From Mycoplasmatota bacterium (GTDB lineage: Bacteria; Bacillota_I; Bacilli_A; RF39; UBA660), in contig JALFKQ010000014.1 of the NCBI GenBank assembly GCA_022774645.1, positions 2,283-66,282 of the forward strand: DNA of 64,000 nucleotides, in the 5' to 3' direction. The notes beneath the pieces are model-generated. The model worked only from the letters and a program-made list of their open reading frames with translations, searched no databases and had not been told where the DNA came from. The number at the start of each line of letters is the position of its first letter. Position 1 is the stretch's first letter. A program made the translations under genes and the position numbers. Below are positions 38,643 to 47,437 of this stretch, in pieces.

Positions 38643-40169
38643 ATGAAGAAAGGAAAGGAAATTACTAAAAAAGAAATAAAAGTCGAAGATAATTTTCTAG
38701 AAGAAGAAAACGACAAAAGAGTTATTGTTTTCGTTGCTATTGCTATTTTAGTAATCGTTGGTACAATCATTGGTCTTTTAGTTGGTTGTGAAAAGAAGGA
38801 AGAAGACCCAGTTAAACCAAATGACAATAAAACAAATCCTATTAAAGACAATGGCAATAAAAAGGATGAAGATGTTGAACCAACAACAAAGAAAGTAATT
38901 GTTAAAAAATTATCAACTAAAACAGATAATACAGCAAATACTGAAACAAAGAAACTTACTATTACATTCTTTATGATTGATGAAAGATATTCATACATCA
39001 CTGAAATAGAAAATAATAGTAAAGTTAAAGCACATAAAGTATCTGGTTATGAAGATTGTAAATACTATACATCAGAATCTGGTGAAAAGGAATTTGATTT
39101 TACAAAAAATATAACAGAAGATACAAATATTTATATGTCATGTTCATTAATAACATATACAATTGATTATGATACAAACAGTAATAATCCAACAAGTTAT
39201 ACTGTTAAGGATGGAACTATTGCATTGAGTGATGCTTATAGTGATAGTATGATATTTGATGGTTGGTATGCAGATACTAATTATACAAGTAAAGTCATTT
39301 CATTAAATCCAAGTATTATAAAATATGCTAATGGTGAAAATGTTATTAAACTACATGCTAAATTTGTTAATCATTACACAGTAAATTATTATGATGAAGA
39401 TAATTCATTAATTAATTCAACTGAACTTACTAAAAATGAATTAAGTAATTATATAGTAGGTACAAATTATAGTTGTCCAAATGATGCTAAATTACTTGGG
39501 TATACAAGCTCACTTGGTAGTGGGGTAATCAAATATGCTAATAATGAAAGTATAGAAGTAACTGGGGATTTAAATGTATATACAAAATGTGGTGCTGCTA
39601 CTGTTGTATATGTAAGCGAAGGAGAAACCGTAACAGTTGGTTATAATGAAGACGAAATCAAGAATTACAATCTTCCAGAACCAAGTGATATAGGACTTGA
39701 AACTCCAACATATTTTGTTAAAGTTGATACAAAGACTGAAACAAGTAAAGAAGTAATTTCAGATGAAGCATTAGAAAAACTTGAAAATCAAATTAAATTA
39801 TCTGATGCTAAAAAGAAAGCTGGAAGTAATACAGAAATATCAGTTGGTGATAATGTAGAAGAAAAAGAAAAAGTATTCGATGGATGGGTAACTAAGGAAG
39901 AAAATCCAGAAGATCCAGAAAATCCAATAACTACACCAGTTGATGAAAATTATAAACCATCAGAAGATAGTGAAAATAAACTAGAAGCTGTATGGAAAGA
40001 ACAAGAAGAAGATCAAACTGAAGTATTAAATGGTGAAACAGAAGTTAGTGAGACAGAAGTACCTGATGAGGTAGTTCCAGAAACACCACCTGTACCAGAA
40101 ACAGAAGTTGAACTAAATACAGTTGTTGAAGTGCCAGTAGTCGAAACGGTACCAGACATAACAATGTAA
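38643..40169 (+). CDS. membrane-anchored surface protein with Listeria-Bacteroides (Flg_new-type) repeats and an acidic P/E/T tail
   Basis: GGGAGGG RBS; N-terminal TM helix; 'FDGWYADTNYTSKV' and 'VFDGWVTKEENP' repeat signatures. Confidence 0.6.
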   Translation: MKKGKEITKKEIKVEDNFLEEENDKRVIVFVAIAILVIVGTIIGLLVGCEKKEEDPVKPNDNKTNPIKDNGNKKDEDVEPTTKKVIVKKLSTKTDNTANTETKKLTITFFMIDERYSYITEIENNSKVKAHKVSGYEDCKYYTSESGEKEFDFTKNITEDTNIYMSCSLITYTIDYDTNSNNPTSYTVKDGTIALSDAYSDSMIFDGWYADTNYTSKVISLNPSIIKYANGENVIKLHAKFVNHYTVNYYDEDNSLINSTELTKNELSNYIVGTNYSCPNDAKLLGYTSSLGSGVIKYANNESIEVTGDLNVYTKCGAATVVYVSEGETVTVGYNEDEIKNYNLPEPSDIGLETPTYFVKVDTKTETSKEVISDEALEKLENQIKLSDAKKKAGSNTEISVGDNVEEKEKVFDGWVTKEENPEDPENPITTPVDENYKPSEDSENKLEAVWKEQEEDQTEVLNGETEVSETEVPDEVVPETPPVPETEVELNTVVEVPVVETVPDITM

Positions 40170-40239
40170 TAATGAGCATTCTATTAAGAATGCTTTTTAT
40201 ATGTATAAAAAAATGATATAATTAAAAAGAGGTAACAAT

Positions 40240-40875
40240 ATGCAAATTACACTAGATGATAAAACTTTTAATGTATTTATAACAAAAAAGAATAACAAAA
40301 ATATGTATTTAAGAGTTAAAAAAGATGGAATATACATAACTTGTAATTATTTTGTTACAAAAGGAATGATTATATCATTTATAGAAAAAAATAAAGACTC
40401 AATAATACAAATAAGTGAAAAAGTAGAAAAAAAAGAAAAGAAAAAAGAAGAATTTTATTATTTAGGAAATAGATATGATGTCATAATATTAAATACCATT
40501 TCAAAAATAGAATTTGTAGAAGATAAAGTATTTGTTAAAAATAAAACATATTTAAATACATTTCTTAAAAAAGAAGCAGAAAGAATATTTAATGAAAGGC
40601 TAGGAATATGTTATAATTTATTTGAAGAAGATATTCCATATCCAGAATTATTAATAGGTAAAATGACTAGAAAATGGGGATATTGTAATAAAAATAAAAA
40701 ACTTATAAAATTAAACTTTGAATTAATTAAATATAGTATTAATGAAATAGATTATGTAATTATACATGAATTATCACATTTAATAGAGTTTAATCATTCA
40801 AAGAATTTCTGGAATATTGTTAAAAAATATAAACCGGATTATAAAGAAAGTACAAAAGTGTTAAAGGAGGAATAA
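40240..40875 (+). CDS. YgjP-like (DUF45) zinc metallopeptidase
   Basis: 'RKWGYCN' and 'HELSHL' motifs. Confidence 0.7.
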   Translation: MQITLDDKTFNVFITKKNNKNMYLRVKKDGIYITCNYFVTKGMIISFIEKNKDSIIQISEKVEKKEKKKEEFYYLGNRYDVIILNTISKIEFVEDKVFVKNKTYLNTFLKKEAERIFNERLGICYNLFEEDIPYPELLIGKMTRKWGYCNKNKKLIKLNFELIKYSINEIDYVIIHELSHLIEFNHSKNFWNIVKKYKPDYKESTKVLKEE

Positions 40876-40876
40876 T

Positions 40877-41602
40877 ATGTTAATAACATCAAAAGATAAC
40901 AATAGAATAAAAGAAGTAAGAAAGTTATTAAATAAAAAGTATTCACTTCAAAAAGGATTGTTTGTTATTGAGGGGGAAAACTTAGTAGAAGAAGCTATTA
41001 AAAATGATTTATTAGTAGAATTATTTGTTCTTGATGGATATAGCTGTAATTATGAATTTAATTATGATACAGTAACACTCGATGTAATGAAAAGTATGAG
41101 TGATTTAAAGAGTACACCAAGATTACTTGGAGTTTCAAAGATAAAAAATAATAATAAGATAGGTAATAAAATATTAATATTAGATGGAATACAAGATCCA
41201 GGTAATGCCGGTACTATAATTAGAAATTCAGTAGCATTCGATATAGATACAATTATATTTTCAAATGATTCAGTAAGTCCATATAATGAAAAAGTATTAA
41301 GAAGTACAGGTGGTATGATATTTAATACTAATATTCTAATTGGTAATATAGAAGAACTAATAAAAGAAATAAAAGATAAAAATATAAAAGTAATCGGAAC
41401 ATCATTAAAATCATCAATTTCACTTGAAAAACTTGAAAAAATTGATGAATTTGCTATAATATTTGGAAATGAGGGAAATGGTGTTAAAGAAGATATATTA
41501 AATCTTTGCGACAAGATAGTTAGAATAGATATGAACCCAAAATGTGAAAGTTTAAATGTAGGAGTATCTAGTGCTATAATACTATATTATTTATATAAGT
41601 AA
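40877..41602 (+). CDS. TrmH/SpoU-family RNA 2'-O-methyltransferase
   Basis: 'DPGNAGTIIRN', 'FGNEGNGV', 'ESLNVGVSSAI'. Confidence 0.8.
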   Translation: MLITSKDNNRIKEVRKLLNKKYSLQKGLFVIEGENLVEEAIKNDLLVELFVLDGYSCNYEFNYDTVTLDVMKSMSDLKSTPRLLGVSKIKNNNKIGNKILILDGIQDPGNAGTIIRNSVAFDIDTIIFSNDSVSPYNEKVLRSTGGMIFNTNILIGNIEELIKEIKDKNIKVIGTSLKSSISLEKLEKIDEFAIIFGNEGNGVKEDILNLCDKIVRIDMNPKCESLNVGVSSAIILYYLYK

Positions 41603-41616
41603 AAAGAGGTTATTTT

Positions 41617-42099
41617 ATGATTAAATACATATTTATAGGAAGGATTGTTAATACACATGCCCTTAAGGGCGAAGTGAGAATAATAAGTGATTTTGAATTT
41701 AAAGATAAAATTTTTAAAGAAAACACTTTTCTTTATATTGGAGAAAATAAAGATAAAGAGGTTATTGAAACATATAGAAAACATAAACAATTTGATATGG
41801 TTAAATTCAAAGGTATAGATAATATAAATAATGTATTAAAATATAAAGGTAGTAAAGTATATATAAATGAAGAAGATTTAAAACTTAAAGATGATGAAAT
41901 ACTTATAAGTGAACTTCTTAATATGGATGTTTATAATAATGATAAATTAGTTGGAAAAATAACTGAATATAGAAGTGATAACGGAAATAATATGTTAAGA
42001 GTTAATGATAAATTAGTTCCTTATAATAAAGATTTTATAACAAAGATAGATAAAGAAAATAAATGTATTTATTTTCATGATATAGGAGCGTTTTTATGA
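41617..42099 (+). CDS. rimM: 16S rRNA processing protein RimM
   Basis: 'IGRIVNTHALKGEVRI' N-terminal signature; precedes trmD. Confidence 0.85.
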   Translation: MIKYIFIGRIVNTHALKGEVRIISDFEFKDKIFKENTFLYIGENKDKEVIETYRKHKQFDMVKFKGIDNINNVLKYKGSKVYINEEDLKLKDDEILISELLNMDVYNNDKLVGKITEYRSDNGNNMLRVNDKLVPYNKDFITKIDKENKCIYFHDIGAFL

Positions 42100-42755
42100 G
42101 AATAGATATATTAACATTATTTCCAAATATGTTTGATGGCTTTTTAACAGAAAGTATAATGAAAAGAGCTATTAAAAAAGAAAAAGTAAAAATAAACATA
42201 ATAGATATAAGAGATTACACACCATATAAAAACAATCAAGTTGATGATTATCAATTTGGTGGTGGTGGTGGTATGATAATGATGTGTGAACCAGTTTTTA
42301 ATGCAGTAGAAAGCATTAGAACAGAGGATTCAACAGTAATACTACTAACACCAAGAGGTCAAACATATAATGAAAGTAAAGCATATGAATTAAAAGATAA
42401 AAAACATTTAATAATAATATGTGGTCATTATGAAGGATTTGATGAAAGAATATATACACTTGCTGATGAATTAGTATCAATTGGAAACTTTATCTTAACG
42501 GGTGGAGAATTACCAGCAATGATGATTACAGATTCATTAGTAAGGTTAATAGATGGAGTAATAACAAGTACAAGTCTTGAATATGAAAGCTTCAATGATA
42601 ACTTACTTGATTATCCTGTATATACAAAACCAAGAGAATTTAGAGGCATGGAAGTACCAGAAGTTTTATTAAATGGTAACCATAAACTAATAAATGAATA
42701 TAGGGAAAGTGAAAGAAAAAGAATAACGCAAAAATATAGAAAAGATTTATTATAG
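42096..42755 (+). CDS. trmD: tRNA (guanine37-N1)-methyltransferase
   Basis: 'ILTLFPNMF', 'DDYQFGGGGGMIM', 'CGHYEGFDER'. Confidence 0.95.
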   Translation: MRIDILTLFPNMFDGFLTESIMKRAIKKEKVKINIIDIRDYTPYKNNQVDDYQFGGGGGMIMMCEPVFNAVESIRTEDSTVILLTPRGQTYNESKAYELKDKKHLIIICGHYEGFDERIYTLADELVSIGNFILTGGELPAMMITDSLVRLIDGVITSTSLEYESFNDNLLDYPVYTKPREFRGMEVPEVLLNGNHKLINEYRESERKRITQKYRKDLL

Positions 42756-42764
42756 GTGATATGT

Positions 42765-43223
42765 ATGAAATATGTAGTAGAGCATAAAGGAGAAGATAAA
42801 AAATTAATATATTATAATGTTAATATAGTTGGTTTAAATGTTACTCCTAAAAATAATATAAAAGATTTAACTATAAAAGCAGATAAAATTATTTTAATTG
42901 ACCCAGATTTATGCGAATCATACATAAGAAAAAGAATAAATAAAAAAATAGATCGTGTTATAAAATTTATGATTAAAATACTAAATGATGATGGTACAAC
43001 AGATGATGATACTGGTTTAGTATTAGATGAATTAAATAAATTAAAAGGAATAATAATTAATAAATATAAAGAATATATGTTAGAAAGTGAATACAAAGCA
43101 TTACTTACTAAATTAATAATTATAGAAGAAGAATTTAAGAGAAGTTATAATAGTAAGTTATACAGTACTTATAGAGATAACATATATTACGAAGAAGAAT
43201 ATAGTGAAGGAAGAAGAAGATAA
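42765..43223 (+). CDS. hypothetical protein (152 aa) between trmD and hisS
   Basis: TAGGTGA RBS; stop overlaps the hisS start; no motif recognised. Confidence 0.5.
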   Translation: MKYVVEHKGEDKKLIYYNVNIVGLNVTPKNNIKDLTIKADKIILIDPDLCESYIRKRINKKIDRVIKFMIKILNDDGTTDDDTGLVLDELNKLKGIIINKYKEYMLESEYKALLTKLIIIEEEFKRSYNSKLYSTYRDNIYYEEEYSEGRRR

Positions 43224-44515
43224 TGAAAGAAGATTTTAAATTAATGAATTTAAAAGGTACTAGTGATTTTTTTCCAGAAGAACAAATTATTAGAAATAGA
43301 ATTACTGATACCTTAAAAAAGAAGTTTGAATTATATGGCTTTTTACCACTTGAAACACCAATACTATGCTACTATGACTTGTTAGCTAGTAAATATGCAG
43401 GCGGAGCAGAAATATTAAAAGAAGTATATAAATTTAAAGATCAAGGACTTAGAGATATAGGACTTCGTTATGACTTAACAGTTCCATTTTCAAAAGTAAT
43501 CGGAATGAATAAAGGTTTGATTTTACCATTCAAAAGATATGAAATAGGTAAAGTATTTAGAGATGGACCTGTTAAATTAGGAAGGGCTCGTGAGTTTTAC
43601 CAATGTGATGTAGATGCTTGTGGAGTAGAATCACCATATGCAGATATAGAATATTTCACAATGGTTAAAGAAGTTTTTGAAGAATTCAATATTCCAGTTG
43701 AAATAAGATATAACAATAGAAAATTCTTAAGTGGATTACTTGAATATGTAAAAGTACCAAAAGAAAACATAAGTGCATTCATTACTTATGTTGATAAACT
43801 AGATAAATTAAAAAGAGATGATATTGAAAGTGAATTAGAAGAATGTTCATCAAAAGAAATAGTTGATGAAGTATTCAAATACTTTGAATATAGTCTAGAA
43901 CAATTAACAGAAGAATTATCAGATACAGGAGTAGAATTATTAACAGAAGGTTTAAATGAACTTAATAGTTTAGATAAATTAATAAAAGAATTAAATTTAG
44001 ATTTATGTGTATTTAAGCCATTCTTAGCAAGGGGATTAGAAATATATACAGGAACTGTATGGGAAGTATTTGATAGTACAGGAGAATTTAAATCAGCCTT
44101 AGGTGGAGGAGGAAGATATGATAAAATCATCACTAACTTCTTACACAATGGAAATGAATATCCAGCTATTGGTATGTCATTTGGTTTAGAACCTATATAC
44201 GCACTATTAAAAGAAAAAGCAATGCAAGAACTAAAAAAATATGATGTATATGTTTATTCATTTAATAATGACAAATATCTATTTGAAATATCTAATATGT
44301 TAAGAAAAAATAATATAAAAGTATTAACAGAATTAAATAATATTAAATTAAAAAAAGCAATGGGAATTGCTAATCGTGAAAATATAGATAAAGTAATAAT
44401 TATTGGTGAAGATGAATTAAAAGATAATTCAGTAACAGTAAAAGATATGGTAACTGGAAACCAAGAATTAGTAAAAATAGATGATTTAGTGTCTACAATA
44501 AAAAAAGAGATGTAA
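43223..44515 (+). CDS. hisS: histidyl-tRNA synthetase
   Basis: Class II motif 2 'FRDGPVKLGRAREFYQCDVD', motif 3 'GGGGRYD', C-terminal anticodon-binding-like domain. Confidence 0.75.
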   Translation: MKEDFKLMNLKGTSDFFPEEQIIRNRITDTLKKKFELYGFLPLETPILCYYDLLASKYAGGAEILKEVYKFKDQGLRDIGLRYDLTVPFSKVIGMNKGLILPFKRYEIGKVFRDGPVKLGRAREFYQCDVDACGVESPYADIEYFTMVKEVFEEFNIPVEIRYNNRKFLSGLLEYVKVPKENISAFITYVDKLDKLKRDDIESELEECSSKEIVDEVFKYFEYSLEQLTEELSDTGVELLTEGLNELNSLDKLIKELNLDLCVFKPFLARGLEIYTGTVWEVFDSTGEFKSALGGGGRYDKIITNFLHNGNEYPAIGMSFGLEPIYALLKEKAMQELKKYDVYVYSFNNDKYLFEISNMLRKNNIKVLTELNNIKLKKAMGIANRENIDKVIIIGEDELKDNSVTVKDMVTGNQELVKIDDLVSTIKKEM

Positions 44516-44589
44516 TAAAACTTTATATCTCTTCTTTTAATTTATAATTATATATGGTATCATTATTATGGAAGATAGGTGTATTAATT

Positions 44590-44997
44590 ATGAATAAAAA
44601 AGGTTTTACATTGATTGAAATACTTGCTGTAATAGCAATATTAGCAGTATTAGTAACATTAGTTGTTCCAAGAGTAATAAATTATTATCATAAATCAAAA
44701 AAAGATATGTTCTTAAATGAAGTTGGTAAATTATATACTGAAACAAAAAGTGAAATGGATGCTGCTGAAATTAGAAATCAAGAATTTAAAGGAGCTAATT
44801 CAGTAAAAGGTCCTAAACTTGATTTATTAACACAAAGTTTAGATTATTGTATTGAAGTAAAAGATGGAAAAATAACATCAGTAAAAGCATATAATGATGA
44901 ATTTTATATAGAAACTACTGCCTCTTATGATGAATTTAAAAAAACAGTAACTATTAACGATATAAAAGAACATAGTAAAACATACACATGTGATTAA
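44590..44997 (+). CDS. small type IV pilin-like protein
   Basis: 'MNKKGFTLIEILAVIAILAVL'. The first ~55 residues align by eye with the 37406 gene product ('SKKDMFLNEVGKLY' vs 'AKKDTFLTEAKTIY'). Confidence 0.8.
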   Translation: MNKKGFTLIEILAVIAILAVLVTLVVPRVINYYHKSKKDMFLNEVGKLYTETKSEMDAAEIRNQEFKGANSVKGPKLDLLTQSLDYCIEVKDGKITSVKAYNDEFYIETTASYDEFKKTVTINDIKEHSKTYTCD

Positions 44998-45049
44998 GAA
45001 AGCTAGACTTTCTTTTTTTATGCAATAATTTATTAGGTTCAAATCCCAA

Positions 45050-45074
45050 TAAAAAAACTTCCATAAAGGAAGTT
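45050..45074 (-). terminator. terminator of the minus-strand tRNA pair
   Basis: AACTTCC-ATAA-GGAAGTT hairpin, followed on the minus strand by a T-run. Confidence 0.5.
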
Positions 45075-45084
45075 AATTTTTAAC

Positions 45085-45160
45085 TGGTGACCCGTACGGG
45101 ATTTGAACCCATAAATGCACGCGTGAAAGGCGTGTGTGTTAACCGTTTCACCAACGGGCC
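45085..45160 (-). tRNA. tRNA-Glu(TTC)
   Basis: Reverse complement starts GGCCCGT, anticodon loop CTTTCAC, ends ACGGGTCACCA. Confidence 0.9.
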
Positions 45161-45172
45161 ATTTATATAAAA

Positions 45173-45249
45173 TGGTGGGCCTGGATGGACTTGAACCATC
45201 GACCTTTCGCTTATCAGACGAACGCTCTAACCGCCTGAGCTACAAGCCC
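45173..45249 (-). tRNA. tRNA-Ile(GAT)
   Basis: Reverse complement starts GGGCTTGTAGCTCAG, anticodon loop CTGATAA, ends CCAGGCCCACCA. Confidence 0.9.
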
Positions 45250-45409
45250 ATCTGCTTAATTAAAGTCATAATTAAAGCTGACTACTTAATATTATACTAT
45301 TTTTTAGAAAAAAGCAACCGTTTTTTTAAAAAAAATTATATTTTTTATTAAATATTGAAAAAAAAAGCTTAATATTGTATGATATATATAGAAAATAGGA
45401 GGAAAAAAT

Positions 45410-46132
45410 ATGTCGCCATCAACAATAAATATGATTGTAACTATAGTTTTTATAATATTAGGTCTAACATTTACAAGATCAATACTCTTAATGTTAGGTG
45501 GAAAAAACATATTTAAAAAAGCACATAAAGGAGAAAATACAGTATATTATCCATTAATAAATTTATTTACTTTATTAGAGATAGTAGATATGTCAATATT
45601 TTATGGCATATTATTTTTTGTTCCTGGATTTAATGTAATTGTTTTAGCAATAATATCTTATAAACTTGGAACAGTATTTAATACAAGCTTTGGATTTAAA
45701 ATGGGATTAGTATTTTTACCTATATGTTTTTATCCTCTTTTATTTGTAAGTGATAAACAATATAAAATAAGTGATGAAGAATATTTTAAAGCATTAGATA
45801 ATGCTAAAGATGAAAGTATTAATTTAATGACACAAGAAGAAATACAAGCTGAGAATAATCAAGTAGTAGATGAGGGACCAATTGTTGACTCAGTATTTAA
45901 AAGTGATTTAGATTTAATGGAAGAAGTAGGTCCATATAGAGCAAATAAAGTAGACTTGTTAGGTATGGAAAAAGAAAAAGCTATGTCAAAAGAAGAAAAT
46001 ATATATGAACCAATAGAATTAAAAGAACCTCCAAAACCAATAAAAGAGAAAAAAGAAGAACCAGAACAAAAAGCAAGTAAATTTACAACAGAATTAGATG
46101 CTAAAAAAGATGTGGAGTACATAGATTTATAA
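45410..46132 (+). CDS. DUF5684-like membrane protein with an acidic/K-rich cytoplasmic tail
   Basis: 'IFKKAHKGENTVYYPLINLFTLLEIV...FVPGFNVIV' resembles the DUF5684 pattern. Confidence 0.5.
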   Translation: MSPSTINMIVTIVFIILGLTFTRSILLMLGGKNIFKKAHKGENTVYYPLINLFTLLEIVDMSIFYGILFFVPGFNVIVLAIISYKLGTVFNTSFGFKMGLVFLPICFYPLLFVSDKQYKISDEEYFKALDNAKDESINLMTQEEIQAENNQVVDEGPIVDSVFKSDLDLMEEVGPYRANKVDLLGMEKEKAMSKEENIYEPIELKEPPKPIKEKKEEPEQKASKFTTELDAKKDVEYIDL

Positions 46133-46133
46133 T

Positions 46134-47309
46134 ATGAAAAAAGTAGTATTAACAATAGTTATATTATTAATAGCTACATTAACAATTATATTTATTCAAA
46201 ACAGATACAATGATAAAGAATCATTTAATGGTAGATATTCATTAGAAACAGTAACAGTAAAAGATTTAACCCTTGAAGAAAAAATATCACAAATGTTAAT
46301 TGTAGGATACATATCAGAAAGTATAGATAATAATTTAGCTGATATTATCATAAAGAATCAACCAGGAGGTTTTATAGTACAAGGTGTAAACTTTAGTACT
46401 TATGAAAAAACAAAAAAATTTATAGAAAGAATTAATTCTTATAATGCAATTCCTATGTTTATGTGTGTTGATCAAGAAGGCGGAAGTGTTCAAAGAATAA
46501 AAGCAATGAAAGATGAAACATTAAATATTCCATCTGCAAAAGAAGTAGGAAACACTAATAGTGAAAGCTATGCTTATAATATAGGAAAAATAATAGGTGA
46601 GCAATCAAGAAGTTGAGGTTTAAATACTGTACTTGCTCCTACATTAGATTTAGGAACAGGTAACACATTAAAAGATAGAACATACAGTAGTGATTCATCA
46701 AAAGTAACTAAGCTCGGAGGAGAAGTAGGAAAAGGAATAGAAAATCAAGGACTAATTGCTGTATATAAACATTTTCCAGGAATAGGTTCAGCAAAAATAG
46801 ATACACATGCTGGACTTTCTGTTATTAATAAAACAAAAGAAGAAATGTTAAATCAAGATTTAAAACCATTTATAAGTCTTATTGATAAAATGAATATGGT
46901 AATGATTGGTCATACTTCCTATCCAAAAATAACTGGCAACAATATTCCATCTTCAATTTCAAAAGAAATAATAAATGATTTACTTAGAAATGAACTTGGA
47001 TATAAGGGAGTTGTAATGATAGATGCTATAAATATGAAAGCACTATCAGATAATTATTCAGAAGAAGAAATATATAAAAGAGGTATAGAAGCAGGAGTAG
47101 ACTTATTTATAATGCCATCTAACTCAACAAATGCAATAAATATAGTAAAAGAATTAGTAAATAAAGATCCAACTCTTGAAGATAAAATAAATGAATCAGT
47201 AGAAAGAATATTAAACTTAAAAAAGAAAAAATTAAATAATTTTATTTCATATAATAAAGATAAATTTATGAATCAAGAACAAATAAATATAATAAATAAG
47301 AAAAAGTAA
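46134..47309 (+). pseudogene. nagZ: membrane-anchored GH3 beta-N-acetylhexosaminidase (NagZ-like) interrupted by a single in-frame TGA
   Basis: The two tracked ORFs (46134-46616 and 46845-47309) are in the same frame, and the segment between them is open. Read-through gives 'GLNTVLAPTLDL' and 'KHFPGIGSAKIDTH' GH3 motifs. The TGA at 46614-46616 sits where family members usually have Leu. Confidence 0.7.
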
Positions 47310-47437
47310 TATTAAAAAATAAGTGTATATTTGAGATATCAAATAAAAATCGTAAATATATTAACAATGAAAGTGTAAACCATTTCTTTACACTTTTTAT
47401 TTATTTTTGTATAATGAGTTATGGAGATTAGGTGATT

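Noticed and set aside
45031-45052. GGTTCAAATCC T-loop-like sequence, a possible tRNA 3' fragment or integrase att-site remnant
   Set aside because: The flanking bases do not form a proper T-stem or acceptor stem. No integrase, direct repeat partner or other mobile-element gene is nearby.
46614-46616. In-frame TGA as evidence for genetic code 4/25, or for selenocysteine
   Set aside because: All other conserved genes in 64 kb use TGG for Trp and contain no internal TGA, and several genes appear to terminate at TGA. No convincing SECIS-like hairpin follows the codon, and GH3 enzymes are not selenoproteins.
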